DNA from: a virus
Lineage: Duplodnaviria > Caudoviricetes
IMG/VR virus record: IMGVR_UViG_3300033076_001342
Span: 1-44,671 of that record
Length of the DNA: 44,671 nucleotides
Reading direction: 5' to 3' (one strand)
Made by a program: the position numbers and the translations under genes. Below the pieces are notes generated by a model. That model had not been told where the DNA came from and did no database searches. It saw nothing but the letters and a program-made list of their open reading frames with translations. Shown piece after piece: positions 17,663 through 27,340 of the stretch (positions are counted from its first letter, which is position 1; every line of letters begins with the position of its first letter).

Positions 17663-18399
17663 CACCACAAATCATCAGCAGTTACGACGGCGGCGCACAT
17701 AACGCCGACCTGAACGCGACGGTTTCGCGCATCACGCAAGAGCGCGGGTACAAAGACTTGTCATGCATCCAGATCATGCCTGGTTTTGGGCAAATCCCGA
17801 CCAAGTGCGTGGCGAGCTGGATGAACATGCCGACCCCACCTAATGGCAAGTTCACCCGCATTTGGCCTGTTGCAATGGAGGTTGGAGAAGCGTTCTCGGC
17901 ATCGATTGAGTCAATCCTTGCCCATCCGGACCTGTCAAAGTGGAAGTACATCCTCACGCTTGAGCATGACAACATCCCGCCCAGTGACGGGATCGTGCGC
18001 CTTCTGAGGCAGATGGACGAACACCCGGAATTCGCAGCCATTGGTGGCCTGTACTTCACCCAGGGTCCGGGCGGCGTGGCGCAAATCTGGGGTGACCCGG
18101 CTGACCCGGTGCTGAACTTCCGGCCTCAACTCCCCAAGGTTGACACGCTGCAAGAATGCTGTGGGACTGGAATGGGGTTCACCTGCTTCCGCCTCGATAT
18201 GTTCAAGGACGAGAAGCTGCGCCGGCCATGGTTCAAGACGCTAGACGGGTCGAACGGTAATGGCGTCGGCACTCAAGACCTGTATTTCTGGGGCGATGCG
18301 CGCAAGCACGGATATCGCTGTGCCATCGATACATCGATCAAGGTCGGCCACTACGACCTAACCGGCGCCCGCGGTGGCATTGAGGATTTCACGTGGTAA
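17659..18399 (+). CDS. Glycosyltransferase (GT-A/GT2-like)
   Basis: YILTLEHDNIPP (DxD-like), GGLYF, GTGMGFT, TQDLYF, D.SIKVGH. Confidence 0.8.
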   Translation: MTPQIISSYDGGAHNADLNATVSRITQERGYKDLSCIQIMPGFGQIPTKCVASWMNMPTPPNGKFTRIWPVAMEVGEAFSASIESILAHPDLSKWKYILTLEHDNIPPSDGIVRLLRQMDEHPEFAAIGGLYFTQGPGGVAQIWGDPADPVLNFRPQLPKVDTLQECCGTGMGFTCFRLDMFKDEKLRRPWFKTLDGSNGNGVGTQDLYFWGDARKHGYRCAIDTSIKVGHYDLTGARGGIEDFTW

Positions 18400-18761
18400 A
18401 GATCAAACTTAGAGAAACAGTGCACTGCGACCAGCGGCACTGGATGCTTAACGAAGGCTGGAGAACGGTTATTGCCGAGAAAACGGTCGAGGTGCCTTCC
18501 ATCGAAGCCGTCAAATTCGTCCACACGCAGGTAAATAAAGGGCTTTTTTCGGATACGACGCGAACCTTTGACGCGGTCAGATATGGTGATGATGTTTATG
18601 CATTGTCATTCGACACAAAGACGGGGGAATGGGTAGGCGAAAAGGAAAGCTACTCACCTTCTCAATCAATGTATTGCGTTGACTACGTTTCCGATGCTTT
18701 TGCGGCGGCTAATGCAAAAGGGTTTAAGGTGGTCATGGCTACTGGCCCACGGGGGAAGTGA
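18393..18761 (+). CDS. Hypothetical protein
   Basis: 122-aa ORF overlapping both neighbours. Confidence 0.55.
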   Translation: MVKIKLRETVHCDQRHWMLNEGWRTVIAEKTVEVPSIEAVKFVHTQVNKGLFSDTTRTFDAVRYGDDVYALSFDTKTGEWVGEKESYSPSQSMYCVDYVSDAFAAANAKGFKVVMATGPRGK

Positions 18762-19354
18762 TGAAGCTCGACATCGGCTGCGGAAAGAACAAGCGCGCAG
18801 GGTTCATCGGGGTGGATCAGTACCCGATGGACGGGGTGGACATCGTTTTCGATGTGGCCGACCCGGTTGATTCGATCACTGATCCGCTGATGCGGCGCGT
18901 TGCCCGTCTAGTTGGATGCGAGTACAAGCGCTGGCCATGGGAAGACAATTCTGTCGACGAGGTCAACTGTTCGCACTTCCTCGAACATCTGTCCGCACCG
19001 CAGCGCTGCCACTTCTTGAACGAGCTGTGGCGTGTAATGAAGCCTGGGGCGAAAGCGACCATCACTACGCCCTATTGGAGAAGTAGCCGCGCCTACGGCG
19101 ATCCAACGCACCAATGGCCCCCTGTCGGGGAGATGTTTGAATACTACCTCTCGCGTGATTGGCGGGCTTCTCAGGCCCCGCACACCGATGTAAAATGGAA
19201 TTCTGACGGCTTGAACTGTAATTTCGAGTCCACCTGGGGATATATCATGAAGCAAGAGCTTTTGACCCGAACCCAGGAATTCCAGCAGTTCGCATTGACA
19301 TATTTCTGCGAAGCTGCCCAAGACATGATCGCAACTTTGACCAAGCGGGGTTGA
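18761..19354 (+). CDS. Class I SAM-dependent methyltransferase (type 11-like)
   Basis: KLDIGCG motif I, GVD, DNSVDE, HFLEHL, E.WRVMKPG, DPTH. Confidence 0.88.
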   Translation: MKLDIGCGKNKRAGFIGVDQYPMDGVDIVFDVADPVDSITDPLMRRVARLVGCEYKRWPWEDNSVDEVNCSHFLEHLSAPQRCHFLNELWRVMKPGAKATITTPYWRSSRAYGDPTHQWPPVGEMFEYYLSRDWRASQAPHTDVKWNSDGLNCNFESTWGYIMKQELLTRTQEFQQFALTYFCEAAQDMIATLTKRG

Positions 19355-19355
19355 T

Positions 19356-19859
19356 ATGACCATCACTGCCGGAAATCTGTTGAACATCCAGGACACCATC
19401 ATCGCGGTGCAGCTTTTGCTGTCCGGGAAAATGGACAAGCCACTCGCTGAACTTCGAGAGGCGTACGAAAAGGAGAATACCGCCAGCCGCGCCGAAATGG
19501 CTCGCTTCGAAGCTGAATCCATGGCCCGAATTGCTGAGGTCCGCAAAGAGGCCGAAGGACTAGCCGAGGATACCCGGAATGCGACGGCCCGGCTTGAAGC
19601 TGAGGATCGGCGGATTCAGGCCGCTAATGTTGAACTGCTGAAAGCCCAAGCCGAGTTGGCTGAGGCGAAGGAGGCGTTCGAGGCCGCAAATGTGGCTGTC
19701 GCAGAGGCCAACGCTGTCCGTGAAGTGCACTTTGGGCAGCGCCAAAGCGCTATCGAATCCGCCGAACTCGCGAACCAAGTTGAGGCGGGTCGGTTGGCCG
19801 AAATGCGCAAAGACCTCGAAGCTCGCCTCGCTGCCATCAAGGCTGCCGCGGGGGTCTGA
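19356..19859 (+). CDS. Coiled-coil protein
   Basis: Ala/Glu-rich heptads. Confidence 0.7.
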   Translation: MTITAGNLLNIQDTIIAVQLLLSGKMDKPLAELREAYEKENTASRAEMARFEAESMARIAEVRKEAEGLAEDTRNATARLEAEDRRIQAANVELLKAQAELAEAKEAFEAANVAVAEANAVREVHFGQRQSAIESAELANQVEAGRLAEMRKDLEARLAAIKAAAGV

Positions 19860-19861
19860 TC

Positions 19862-20578
19862 ATGACTGCCCCTGTTTCGTCGTACTCGGTGCAACAGATC
19901 ATCCGGATGGCGTACATCGATGCGGGGCTGATTCAAGAGACAGATGAACCCAACGGGGACCAGTACGCAATCGGGCTGATTCGTCTCAATGACGTGGCTG
20001 TGTTGATGCAGACCCAGGGATTGAAACTCTGGTTAATGCAGGATGTTTCGGTCACCCTGGTTTCAGGACAATCAGTGTACGTGCTTTCTCCGGCCGGCGA
20101 TGTCGTGATGACTAAGCCAACTCGAGTAGTGTACGGATATTACTTGGATTCCTCTGGTACGAACAAAAGGCCTTTGACCTCAATCTCATGGGAAGAGTGG
20201 ACTCGGTTGCCGCCCGCGTCGACGGGCCAGATCAATTCGTATTTTGTCGACAAAAAGCAGACCTCTCTTTCAGTCAGTACTTGGCCAGTGCCAGATGCTA
20301 CGGCTGCGGCAGGCACAATGCATTTGGTGGTCCAGAACCAGATGCCCCAAATGGTGTCTTTAACAGCGCAGCATGCGTTCCCAATGGAGTGGGGCATGGC
20401 GCTCCGGTGGATGCTTGCCGATGACATGTGTACAGGGCAGCCGCAACCCGTGATGGACCGGTGCGCCGCGAGGGCGGCACAATTTCGCACTGCCCTAGAA
20501 GATTGGGACGTTGAGGACACAAGTACATATTTCTCTGTTGACGATCGTTCCGGGTACGGGAACCACTGGCCATCATGA
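19862..20578 (+). CDS. Head-to-tail adaptor (P22 gp4-like position)
   Basis: II..A....G.....E.......LN, WPVPD, P.EW..AL...LA; precedes nozzle. Confidence 0.75.
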   Translation: MTAPVSSYSVQQIIRMAYIDAGLIQETDEPNGDQYAIGLIRLNDVAVLMQTQGLKLWLMQDVSVTLVSGQSVYVLSPAGDVVMTKPTRVVYGYYLDSSGTNKRPLTSISWEEWTRLPPASTGQINSYFVDKKQTSLSVSTWPVPDATAAAGTMHLVVQNQMPQMVSLTAQHAFPMEWGMALRWMLADDMCTGQPQPVMDRCAARAAQFRTALEDWDVEDTSTYFSVDDRSGYGNHWPS

Positions 20579-21939
20579 GACTTCCACTCGTAATCACCGC
20601 CATGAACCGAGATTCATCCACTGATCGGGATTCCCGGTTGGTGAATGGCATGGTGGAGTTGCATGGTGAAGAAGATTACGACATATACAAACGCCCGGGG
20701 TTTTCCCTCTATCAAGCGTCGGTCGGTACCGTCAACGGCAATGGGGTGACGAACTGGCTCGGGGACATCTACGCAATTTTTGGGGACACGCTATATAAGA
20801 ATGGTGTTGCTGTAGCCGGCACTGTGAACACGGCGGGCGGCAGGTACACTTTCGATGCTATTCTTGGCGCAACTCCGAAGCTGTTTTTCAAAAACACTGC
20901 AAAAGCGTACACCTACGATTCTGGCGCCGGCATTGTCAATGTGACCGATGCTGACTACCCGTCGACCACTGTTCGCGGGTCTGTGTATATTGATGGGTAT
21001 ACGGTCGTCATGAATCCTACGGCCAACATCCAGACGTCGGCGTCCAATGACCCGACCGTCTGGGACCCTGCCGCTACCCTGGTTGCCCAAATAGAGCCTG
21101 ATGCCGGGGTGGCGATCGCCAAACAACTTGTGTATGTGGTGGCGTTCAAATCGGATTCGACTGAGTTTTTCTATGACGCCGGAAACCCGACCGGCAGCCC
21201 TTTAGGTCCGGTGCAAGGCCAAAAAGTGTCAATGGGTTGTCGCCACGCTGATTCGATTGCCAATTCAGAAGGGGTATTGTTCTGGATCGCTAAAAGTCGG
21301 GCGTCGGGCGTGTCTGTTCGGATGATGTCTTCAGGTAAACCAGACCTGATTTCAAATGAATCGATCGACAGGTTGTTGAGAGCCGGAGATTACACGACGG
21401 TATATTCTTGGTGTACCAGAATCAATGGGCACCTTCTGTATGCGGTTACTCTGGCAGCGTCAAATTTGACCCTGGTTTACGACACGAAATCCAAACTATG
21501 GTACCAATGGACTGATTCAAGCGGAAATTATTTGCCGTATGTCGACATGACTTTTGATTCCAGTCAAAACGCTATATTCCAGCACGCCACGAATGGTGCG
21601 TTATACAAGCTGGATATGGCAAACACCACCGATGCGGGCAGTGTATTCCCCGTGGACATCTATACCCCCAATTTCGATGGTGGTACCAGATTCAAGAAGA
21701 TGCTGAATCGCATAAACTTCGTGGCTGACCAAACACCGGGCAGCTCGTTGGGGCTTCGGGCCAGTGACGATGACTACCAGACTTGGAGTCAATTTCGTAC
21801 TGTGGACATGGGGGTCACAACTCCCCATTTGATGAATTGCGGCACATTTCGTCGTCGCGCGTTTCATATCAGGCATCAGGCGGCGACCCCAATGCGTATC
21901 AAGTCTCTTGAGCTAGACATCCTGCGGGGCACGAATTAA
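20575..21939 (+). CDS. Tail nozzle / packaged-DNA stabilisation protein (P22 gp10-like)
   Basis: KRPG N-terminus, YIDGY, E..PD, GH..Y, TLVYD....W, SDD...TWS, G.FR.R. Confidence 0.8.
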   Translation: MRLPLVITAMNRDSSTDRDSRLVNGMVELHGEEDYDIYKRPGFSLYQASVGTVNGNGVTNWLGDIYAIFGDTLYKNGVAVAGTVNTAGGRYTFDAILGATPKLFFKNTAKAYTYDSGAGIVNVTDADYPSTTVRGSVYIDGYTVVMNPTANIQTSASNDPTVWDPAATLVAQIEPDAGVAIAKQLVYVVAFKSDSTEFFYDAGNPTGSPLGPVQGQKVSMGCRHADSIANSEGVLFWIAKSRASGVSVRMMSSGKPDLISNESIDRLLRAGDYTTVYSWCTRINGHLLYAVTLAASNLTLVYDTKSKLWYQWTDSSGNYLPYVDMTFDSSQNAIFQHATNGALYKLDMANTTDAGSVFPVDIYTPNFDGGTRFKKMLNRINFVADQTPGSSLGLRASDDDYQTWSQFRTVDMGVTTPHLMNCGTFRRRAFHIRHQAATPMRIKSLELDILRGTN

Positions 21940-22430
21940 TGGCTTCGTTCACTCCACCCCCCACCTATGCGGATCCGGTCATATATGATCCGGTGACCGG
22001 CAAAAACGCATTCAACCCGATCTGGTTGAAATGGTTTCTGGACGTCGCCCAATTCATCTCTTCGAATGGTGGTACTTCGGGCACCATTGACCATGAAACC
22101 CTCACTGGACTTCAAGGTGGTGGTGCCAATGACCATTCTCATTTGACCGCATCGCAGTTGGCGTCATTGGTAACATTGATCGCGTTGACGTACACGGGAA
22201 CGGGCACTGTTCTTGTCAAACAATCTTCGCCATCGATAGCAACTCCAACTTTCACAGGAGTTGCCCCGATTGTCAGTGACGCGGCGGCTCTGTTAAAATC
22301 TGCGGTAGCCATGAATAATGGGGCGGCAGCGGCGGCTGGTACATTGCTTAACGCCCCCGTAGCCGGAAACCCGACTAAGTGGGTCCCGTTCGATGACAAC
22401 GGAACTCTTCGATATTTCCCTGCTTGGTGA
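21939..22430 (+). CDS. Tail needle/plug-like protein
   Basis: P......W..WF N-terminus, H..L.GLQGG...H.HLT; follows nozzle. Confidence 0.55.
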   Translation: MASFTPPPTYADPVIYDPVTGKNAFNPIWLKWFLDVAQFISSNGGTSGTIDHETLTGLQGGGANDHSHLTASQLASLVTLIALTYTGTGTVLVKQSSPSIATPTFTGVAPIVSDAAALLKSAVAMNNGAAAAAGTLLNAPVAGNPTKWVPFDDNGTLRYFPAW

Positions 22431-22438
22431 GGTAAGTC

Positions 22439-23338
22439 ATGGCTTTTGGCGGTGCTCTCGGTAATTTCGTTTACCACGAACTGTTTTCTCCCATTGTTAA
22501 GTCACAAAGCCGGGAAATCGCGGCTGCGGCTGACCTGGGGCTGAGTAATGGCCTTGGTGGTGGGTACATCGGTGAGCGGCTGCAAAATGCCAAGCATGAA
22601 GCACGCACGAACATAGAAAGTCCAAATCAAGCCGCTTGGAAAGCATTGGCGTCATACCTGGCTTTCGGTGGCGGTTCTGATGGTGGTGCCAGCAGTGGTG
22701 CGGGTACCACGGAAGCTGGTGCGGCTGATGCTTCTTACTATGGTGCAGCTGATTCGGTTGGTGGACTTTCTCCAGATTACGGTACCACGGAAGCATACTC
22801 TTCTGGACTACAGGGCGGTGCTGGTGCGGGGTACTCCAATCCTGCGCTGATCGAATCTGGTACCGGTCAAGAAGGTTACGGCACCAGTTCAGCTTCTCCT
22901 GGATACACTTCGCCCGGTGATGCGTCGTACTGGCAACAGTTGGCCGATGCGGGGCGCGGATACTTCGCGAACAATGGGTACGTCAAACCCGCGATGGGCC
23001 TTTTTCAGATGTATTCGGGCATCCAGAACTACATGGCCGCCCAAGAGCGCCGCCGCCAACAACAAGAATACGCCAAACAGCTGCAGTTTCTGATGTCCAA
23101 TCCTGGCAGTGTGACGAGTTTGCCCGGGTATGAGGCAGGTCTTGAGGCGGTTCGTCGCTCAATGGCCGCTCAAGGATATCAGGGTAGCGGGAACATGATG
23201 GCAGCCATGGCCCAATATGGTCAGAAAGCGTATGATGATCGTGTCCGTCAACTCCAAACGCTCCAAGGTACGGATTCTGGGATCGGTTCGTCGGGGGCTG
23301 CACTGATGCAACTCGGGTCGGCGGCGGCGATGTTCTAA
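22439..23338 (+). CDS. Internal virion / DNA ejection protein
   Basis: Gly-rich; PGY..GL..V.RS.AA.G..GSG motif typical of gp7-like pilot proteins. Confidence 0.7.
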   Translation: MAFGGALGNFVYHELFSPIVKSQSREIAAAADLGLSNGLGGGYIGERLQNAKHEARTNIESPNQAAWKALASYLAFGGGSDGGASSGAGTTEAGAADASYYGAADSVGGLSPDYGTTEAYSSGLQGGAGAGYSNPALIESGTGQEGYGTSSASPGYTSPGDASYWQQLADAGRGYFANNGYVKPAMGLFQMYSGIQNYMAAQERRRQQQEYAKQLQFLMSNPGSVTSLPGYEAGLEAVRRSMAAQGYQGSGNMMAAMAQYGQKAYDDRVRQLQTLQGTDSGIGSSGAALMQLGSAAAMF

Positions 23339-23347
23339 AGGTTCATC

Positions 23348-24820
23348 ATGGAACTTGGACCCACGATCGCGGCCGGATATTACGGCACCAAACAAGCTCA
23401 GCAAGACCTCGATACGGGGCTCCTGAAGCAAGAGCAAATTCGTGCCCAAACCGATGAATTGGCAGCGCTGGCCCAAGAACGTGCAGCGCTGGCCAACAAC
23501 TACAATGCCGACGCCGAAACGAAGCGGGGAAACCTCAGAGCTGCCCAAGAAAAGCTGACCTTGATGCGTCAGCTGTGGAACATGGGCGGCGAGCAAATGG
23601 GACCTCCTCAGGATGGGGGCACTCAAATCCATATCGGGCCTCAAGATCCGGCCGATATGCTGCAGGCCCAATTCGAACAGCGTCAACAATATGCGTCGCG
23701 TCTCGCGCAAGCCGGACTTTTTGATGAATCGGCAGCTGTATTGAAAGATGTTGGAGAGGGGTTCCATAAGATCGGTCAGGTCCGGGCTGAGGGGGCTCTT
23801 CGTCGTCAACGCCTTGAAGAAACTGCCGATAAAAGGCTCGCCCGGGTCAATCAAATCCTGCTGAGTGCAACTGATCAACCCTCATTCGACCGCGCCAAGT
23901 TCATGCTGATGGCTCAAAACCCGAATGAGCCGATCCCGGCATGGATGAATCTGCCATATGAACAGGCCAAGCCTTTCATCGACCAATTCAACACGTCATC
24001 AGCTGAGGCGGCGAAAGATCGGCAAATTCGGTCTGAGATTGACAAAAATAGGGCTATCGAGGCCGAACAAAACGCTCTGGCTCGCCTGAACAAAGCAAGA
24101 GCCAGCCTCGAAGAGCTGGAATTGGCGGTTCAGAGGGACCGCGACGCAGCTTTGCGTAAAAATGGTGAACTTCCGGAATCGGTGAAGCGCAACCCGAGTA
24201 AAACCGGGCAGCCTGGGCAGTCTGGTCCTAAGATTTCGGCGATTGAACGGATGAACGCCGACCAAATGATTCGAGCCGGTAATGAAGTATATACTGGCTT
24301 CGACGAAATTCTGAAGCTTGGTCCCCAGGGCATGGGTGCCTTCTCGGATGTGGCATATACCAAGGATCCCACATTCATCGGTGGCATGAAGCGGTGGCTC
24401 GGTAATAGCATCACAGCTGATGAAGAGCACATGTATGCGGCCCGGTTGGCCGGTGTGAACGTTGCGGCGGCGATTATTGCTTCCGGCGGCCGGGCTCCTC
24501 GTGTTTCGCAGATGGAGGCAGAACAAGCCGCAATCGCGTCGCTGAAGGGCCAAACGCGCCGGGTGTTTTTTGACAAAATTCATCAGGCGACTCTCAAGGC
24601 AATTCGTGGTGTTGAAATTACGCGGGCCGGTGACGAGCAGCAGCAGCAGCATCTTACTACCATCATGGACCGTCTCAAGGAAATTGAGGCGTCTACTGCA
24701 AAAGCGTTGAAGATCACGAGCAACTACGCTGAACCGAGTTCGGGTGCTTCTAAACCGACGCAGCAAAAATCGGGCAACGCCACACCGGCCCTGCCCCCTG
24801 GATTCACCGTCGATAAATAA
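23348..24820 (+). CDS. Internal virion / DNA ejection protein
   Basis: 490-aa Gln/Ala-rich helical protein ending LPPGFTVD. Confidence 0.65.
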   Translation: MELGPTIAAGYYGTKQAQQDLDTGLLKQEQIRAQTDELAALAQERAALANNYNADAETKRGNLRAAQEKLTLMRQLWNMGGEQMGPPQDGGTQIHIGPQDPADMLQAQFEQRQQYASRLAQAGLFDESAAVLKDVGEGFHKIGQVRAEGALRRQRLEETADKRLARVNQILLSATDQPSFDRAKFMLMAQNPNEPIPAWMNLPYEQAKPFIDQFNTSSAEAAKDRQIRSEIDKNRAIEAEQNALARLNKARASLEELELAVQRDRDAALRKNGELPESVKRNPSKTGQPGQSGPKISAIERMNADQMIRAGNEVYTGFDEILKLGPQGMGAFSDVAYTKDPTFIGGMKRWLGNSITADEEHMYAARLAGVNVAAAIIASGGRAPRVSQMEAEQAAIASLKGQTRRVFFDKIHQATLKAIRGVEITRAGDEQQQQHLTTIMDRLKEIEASTAKALKITSNYAEPSSGASKPTQQKSGNATPALPPGFTVDK

Positions 24821-24822
24821 TC

Positions 24823-26958
24823 ATGGAATGGACCCCCGTTGAACAGACGGCCACCGGGCCTGACGGCAAAAAGATGGCCTTAGTCGGGGGCCAATGGATT
24901 CCTGCATCCCAGACGGCAACTGGACCCGATGGCAAAAAGATGGCCCTATTTGAGGCCACCCCGACCGCGCCTGACGTCACCGCTCCGGCCGAAGTATCCG
25001 GGGGGGTGGGGGCCGATATAGCGACAGCGGTGGCGCCCACCATCCGCGGTGCCAGTCCGTACGCGGCCGGGGCACTGGCGGGGGCTGCTCTGGGCGCCCC
25101 CCTGGGGGGTGTCGGCGCCGTCCCGGGGGCACTCGCCGGGGCCGGTGCCGTTGGACTCGTTGACCTGGGGCTGTCGGCATATAACCCAATTGCTCGATTT
25201 GTCGGACTTCCCCAAGCCCCAACGATCAAAGAAATCACTGACCAAGCGTTGACCAAACTCGGTCTTCCGCAATCCCAGGGTGCTGGGGGTCGTGTCATCG
25301 AAGCCATGGCCGGGGGTGCCGGGGGCGCGGCATCATTCGCAAAAGCGGCCGGGCAGCAGGCCGCCCAAATGGCCCCCGGGGCGGCCCAGAAGGTCATCGA
25401 GCAACTTAGCCGGAATCCGGGGCTTCAGACTGTGTCCGGGGCTACTTCGGGGTTGGCGGCTCAGACGACCGCTGAAATGACGGACAGTGTCCCGGCCCGA
25501 ATTCTTGCGTCGATTTTCGGTGGGCTGATTCCCGGATTGGCTTCTAAGGCGCCGGGGGCCATTGTCCGGGGGTCGTCGACCCCAGCGGAAATCCAAGCCC
25601 GCGTTGATGCGGCCAGAAGCATCAATATCAAGCCTGATCTGGCGTACGCCGCGCCTTCTGTCATCTCCAAGATGGCAAACAAGGCAGTCGCCGGCACAGA
25701 AACAATGATTGACTATCGCAACCAGGTCCAACGTGATCTGAGTCGCGAGGCCAACCGGGTCGCGAAGACCGTTGGTGAAGCCACCAATCCGAATATGGCG
25801 GGCCGTTTACTCGAAAGAGAACTCGGACCTGATGGGTTTCTACAGCGTGCGAAGGGCGTGGAAGACACGTTATGGACCAAATGGTGGGGGACTGCCACCG
25901 CACCCGGAAAAGATGGTATGCGGGTCGACAGCACCCTCGCGTATCTAAAGGGAAGCCAGAAAGGCACACCGGGGTACGACGCCATTTCAGAACTGACCAA
26001 GGACAAGAAGCTCGCATCTGTGCTTCAGCACTTCGAATCTGATTTGGCGGGCACAGAGGCCACGCCAGCGCAAACGGTTCAGACCGGGGTATTGGATCAG
26101 TTTGGTCGCCCGGTCACAAAAGTCGTGACCCCCGCAACCCCTGCTCAACCCCCGAGAGAAACTGTTCCATACGAGGCGGTGAAAGAGTTGCGTACGATCA
26201 TCGGCGAGAAGCTTGATCCGCAGAACATGAGCCCAGATGTCAGTCGCAAAGCCTTGAAAGGACTGTATGGCGCACTCACCCGTGACATCGAAGCCCACGC
26301 AGAACAACTCGGACCCGAAGCTCAAAAAGAATTCAACCGAGCAAACAACTACACCCGAGCGCTTCACGACCGAGTCGACACTTATCTTCAAGAAGTGCAA
26401 GGAAAGAAACCGTACCAAGTTTGGAGGTACGCGACTTCCCCAGATTCGGTTTCGAACGGTGGTCATCAGTTCCTGACGATCAATAGAAGTCTGACTCCAG
26501 GCGCCCGAGAAACGTTCCATTCCACCTTTATCCGGAACATGGGTGCGAATCCTCAGGGTGAATTCGACCCGTCGCTGTTTGTCGACAAATATCGCTCACT
26601 CGCCCCGGGGGTAAAATCGGCGCTGCTCCCTGGCGAAAAGAAGGCGGCTGTTGACCGGATGGTGGGGATCATCGATGGAATGAAAAAAGCCGGTTCAATC
26701 GGGCCGACTGATCAATCATCATTCATGGGCGCATACATGATCATGGCCGCCCTACTTCATGCCCACCCGAAAGCCATTCTGACGGCCGCATTCGCCAGTT
26801 CCAAATCTGAAAGGTTGGCGAAGATTCTCACGGACCCCACTGTTATCGACCATGTTTCTGGCGTAAACGGGATCCCTAAAACTGAGGCGGCCACGGCCAT
26901 TCAAGCATATGTGAACGCTATTCACGCCAAGAATCCAAGGAGTGAATATGACCAGTGA
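24823..26958 (+). CDS. Large internal virion / DNA ejection protein
   Basis: 711 aa with Gly/Ala hydrophobic segments then helical body; duplicated QTATGPDGKKMAL at the N-terminus. Confidence 0.7.
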   Translation: MEWTPVEQTATGPDGKKMALVGGQWIPASQTATGPDGKKMALFEATPTAPDVTAPAEVSGGVGADIATAVAPTIRGASPYAAGALAGAALGAPLGGVGAVPGALAGAGAVGLVDLGLSAYNPIARFVGLPQAPTIKEITDQALTKLGLPQSQGAGGRVIEAMAGGAGGAASFAKAAGQQAAQMAPGAAQKVIEQLSRNPGLQTVSGATSGLAAQTTAEMTDSVPARILASIFGGLIPGLASKAPGAIVRGSSTPAEIQARVDAARSINIKPDLAYAAPSVISKMANKAVAGTETMIDYRNQVQRDLSREANRVAKTVGEATNPNMAGRLLERELGPDGFLQRAKGVEDTLWTKWWGTATAPGKDGMRVDSTLAYLKGSQKGTPGYDAISELTKDKKLASVLQHFESDLAGTEATPAQTVQTGVLDQFGRPVTKVVTPATPAQPPRETVPYEAVKELRTIIGEKLDPQNMSPDVSRKALKGLYGALTRDIEAHAEQLGPEAQKEFNRANNYTRALHDRVDTYLQEVQGKKPYQVWRYATSPDSVSNGGHQFLTINRSLTPGARETFHSTFIRNMGANPQGEFDPSLFVDKYRSLAPGVKSALLPGEKKAAVDRMVGIIDGMKKAGSIGPTDQSSFMGAYMIMAALLHAHPKAILTAAFASSKSERLAKILTDPTVIDHVSGVNGIPKTEAATAIQAYVNAIHAKNPRSEYDQ

Positions 26959-27340
26959 CTTTTTCAAGGCGGGTGACTGGAACGCGGTTTGCCATGAGTG
27001 CGGCGCGAAAAAGAAGGCCAGCCAACTCAGGAGGCATTGGCAAGGGTACTATGTGTGCCCCAATCATTGGGAACCACGCCACCCCCAAGATTTTGTTCGG
27101 GCACGGGCCGATGTCCAGACGCCACCCTGGACTCAACCGGACCCACCGGACGAATTTATCGCGGTGTGCACCCCCGATGGGGTTTCCGCTATTCCGGCGC
27201 TGGCGATACCCGGGTGCATGATTCCGGGCCGAACTTTCGACTACGGTAGTTCAATTCCGTCGTTTTGTACCATGGAATCTGTGATATCTAAAGCCGGGTT
27301 CGCGGCTGCCGGTTGCGCGACTGTTGGAAGAGTGTCATGA
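26948..27340 (+). CDS. Cys-rich putative Zn-binding protein
   Basis: CHECG...VCPNHWEPRHPQDFVR. Confidence 0.7.
   Translation: MTSDFFKAGDWNAVCHECGAKKKASQLRRHWQGYYVCPNHWEPRHPQDFVRARADVQTPPWTQPDPPDEFIAVCTPDGVSAIPALAIPGCMIPGRTFDYGSSIPSFCTMESVISKAGFAAAGCATVGRVS

Noticed and set aside
18761-19354. DNA methyltransferase for anti-restriction
   Set aside because: No DPPY/NPPY or PC catalytic motif; looks like a small-molecule or glycan methyltransferase
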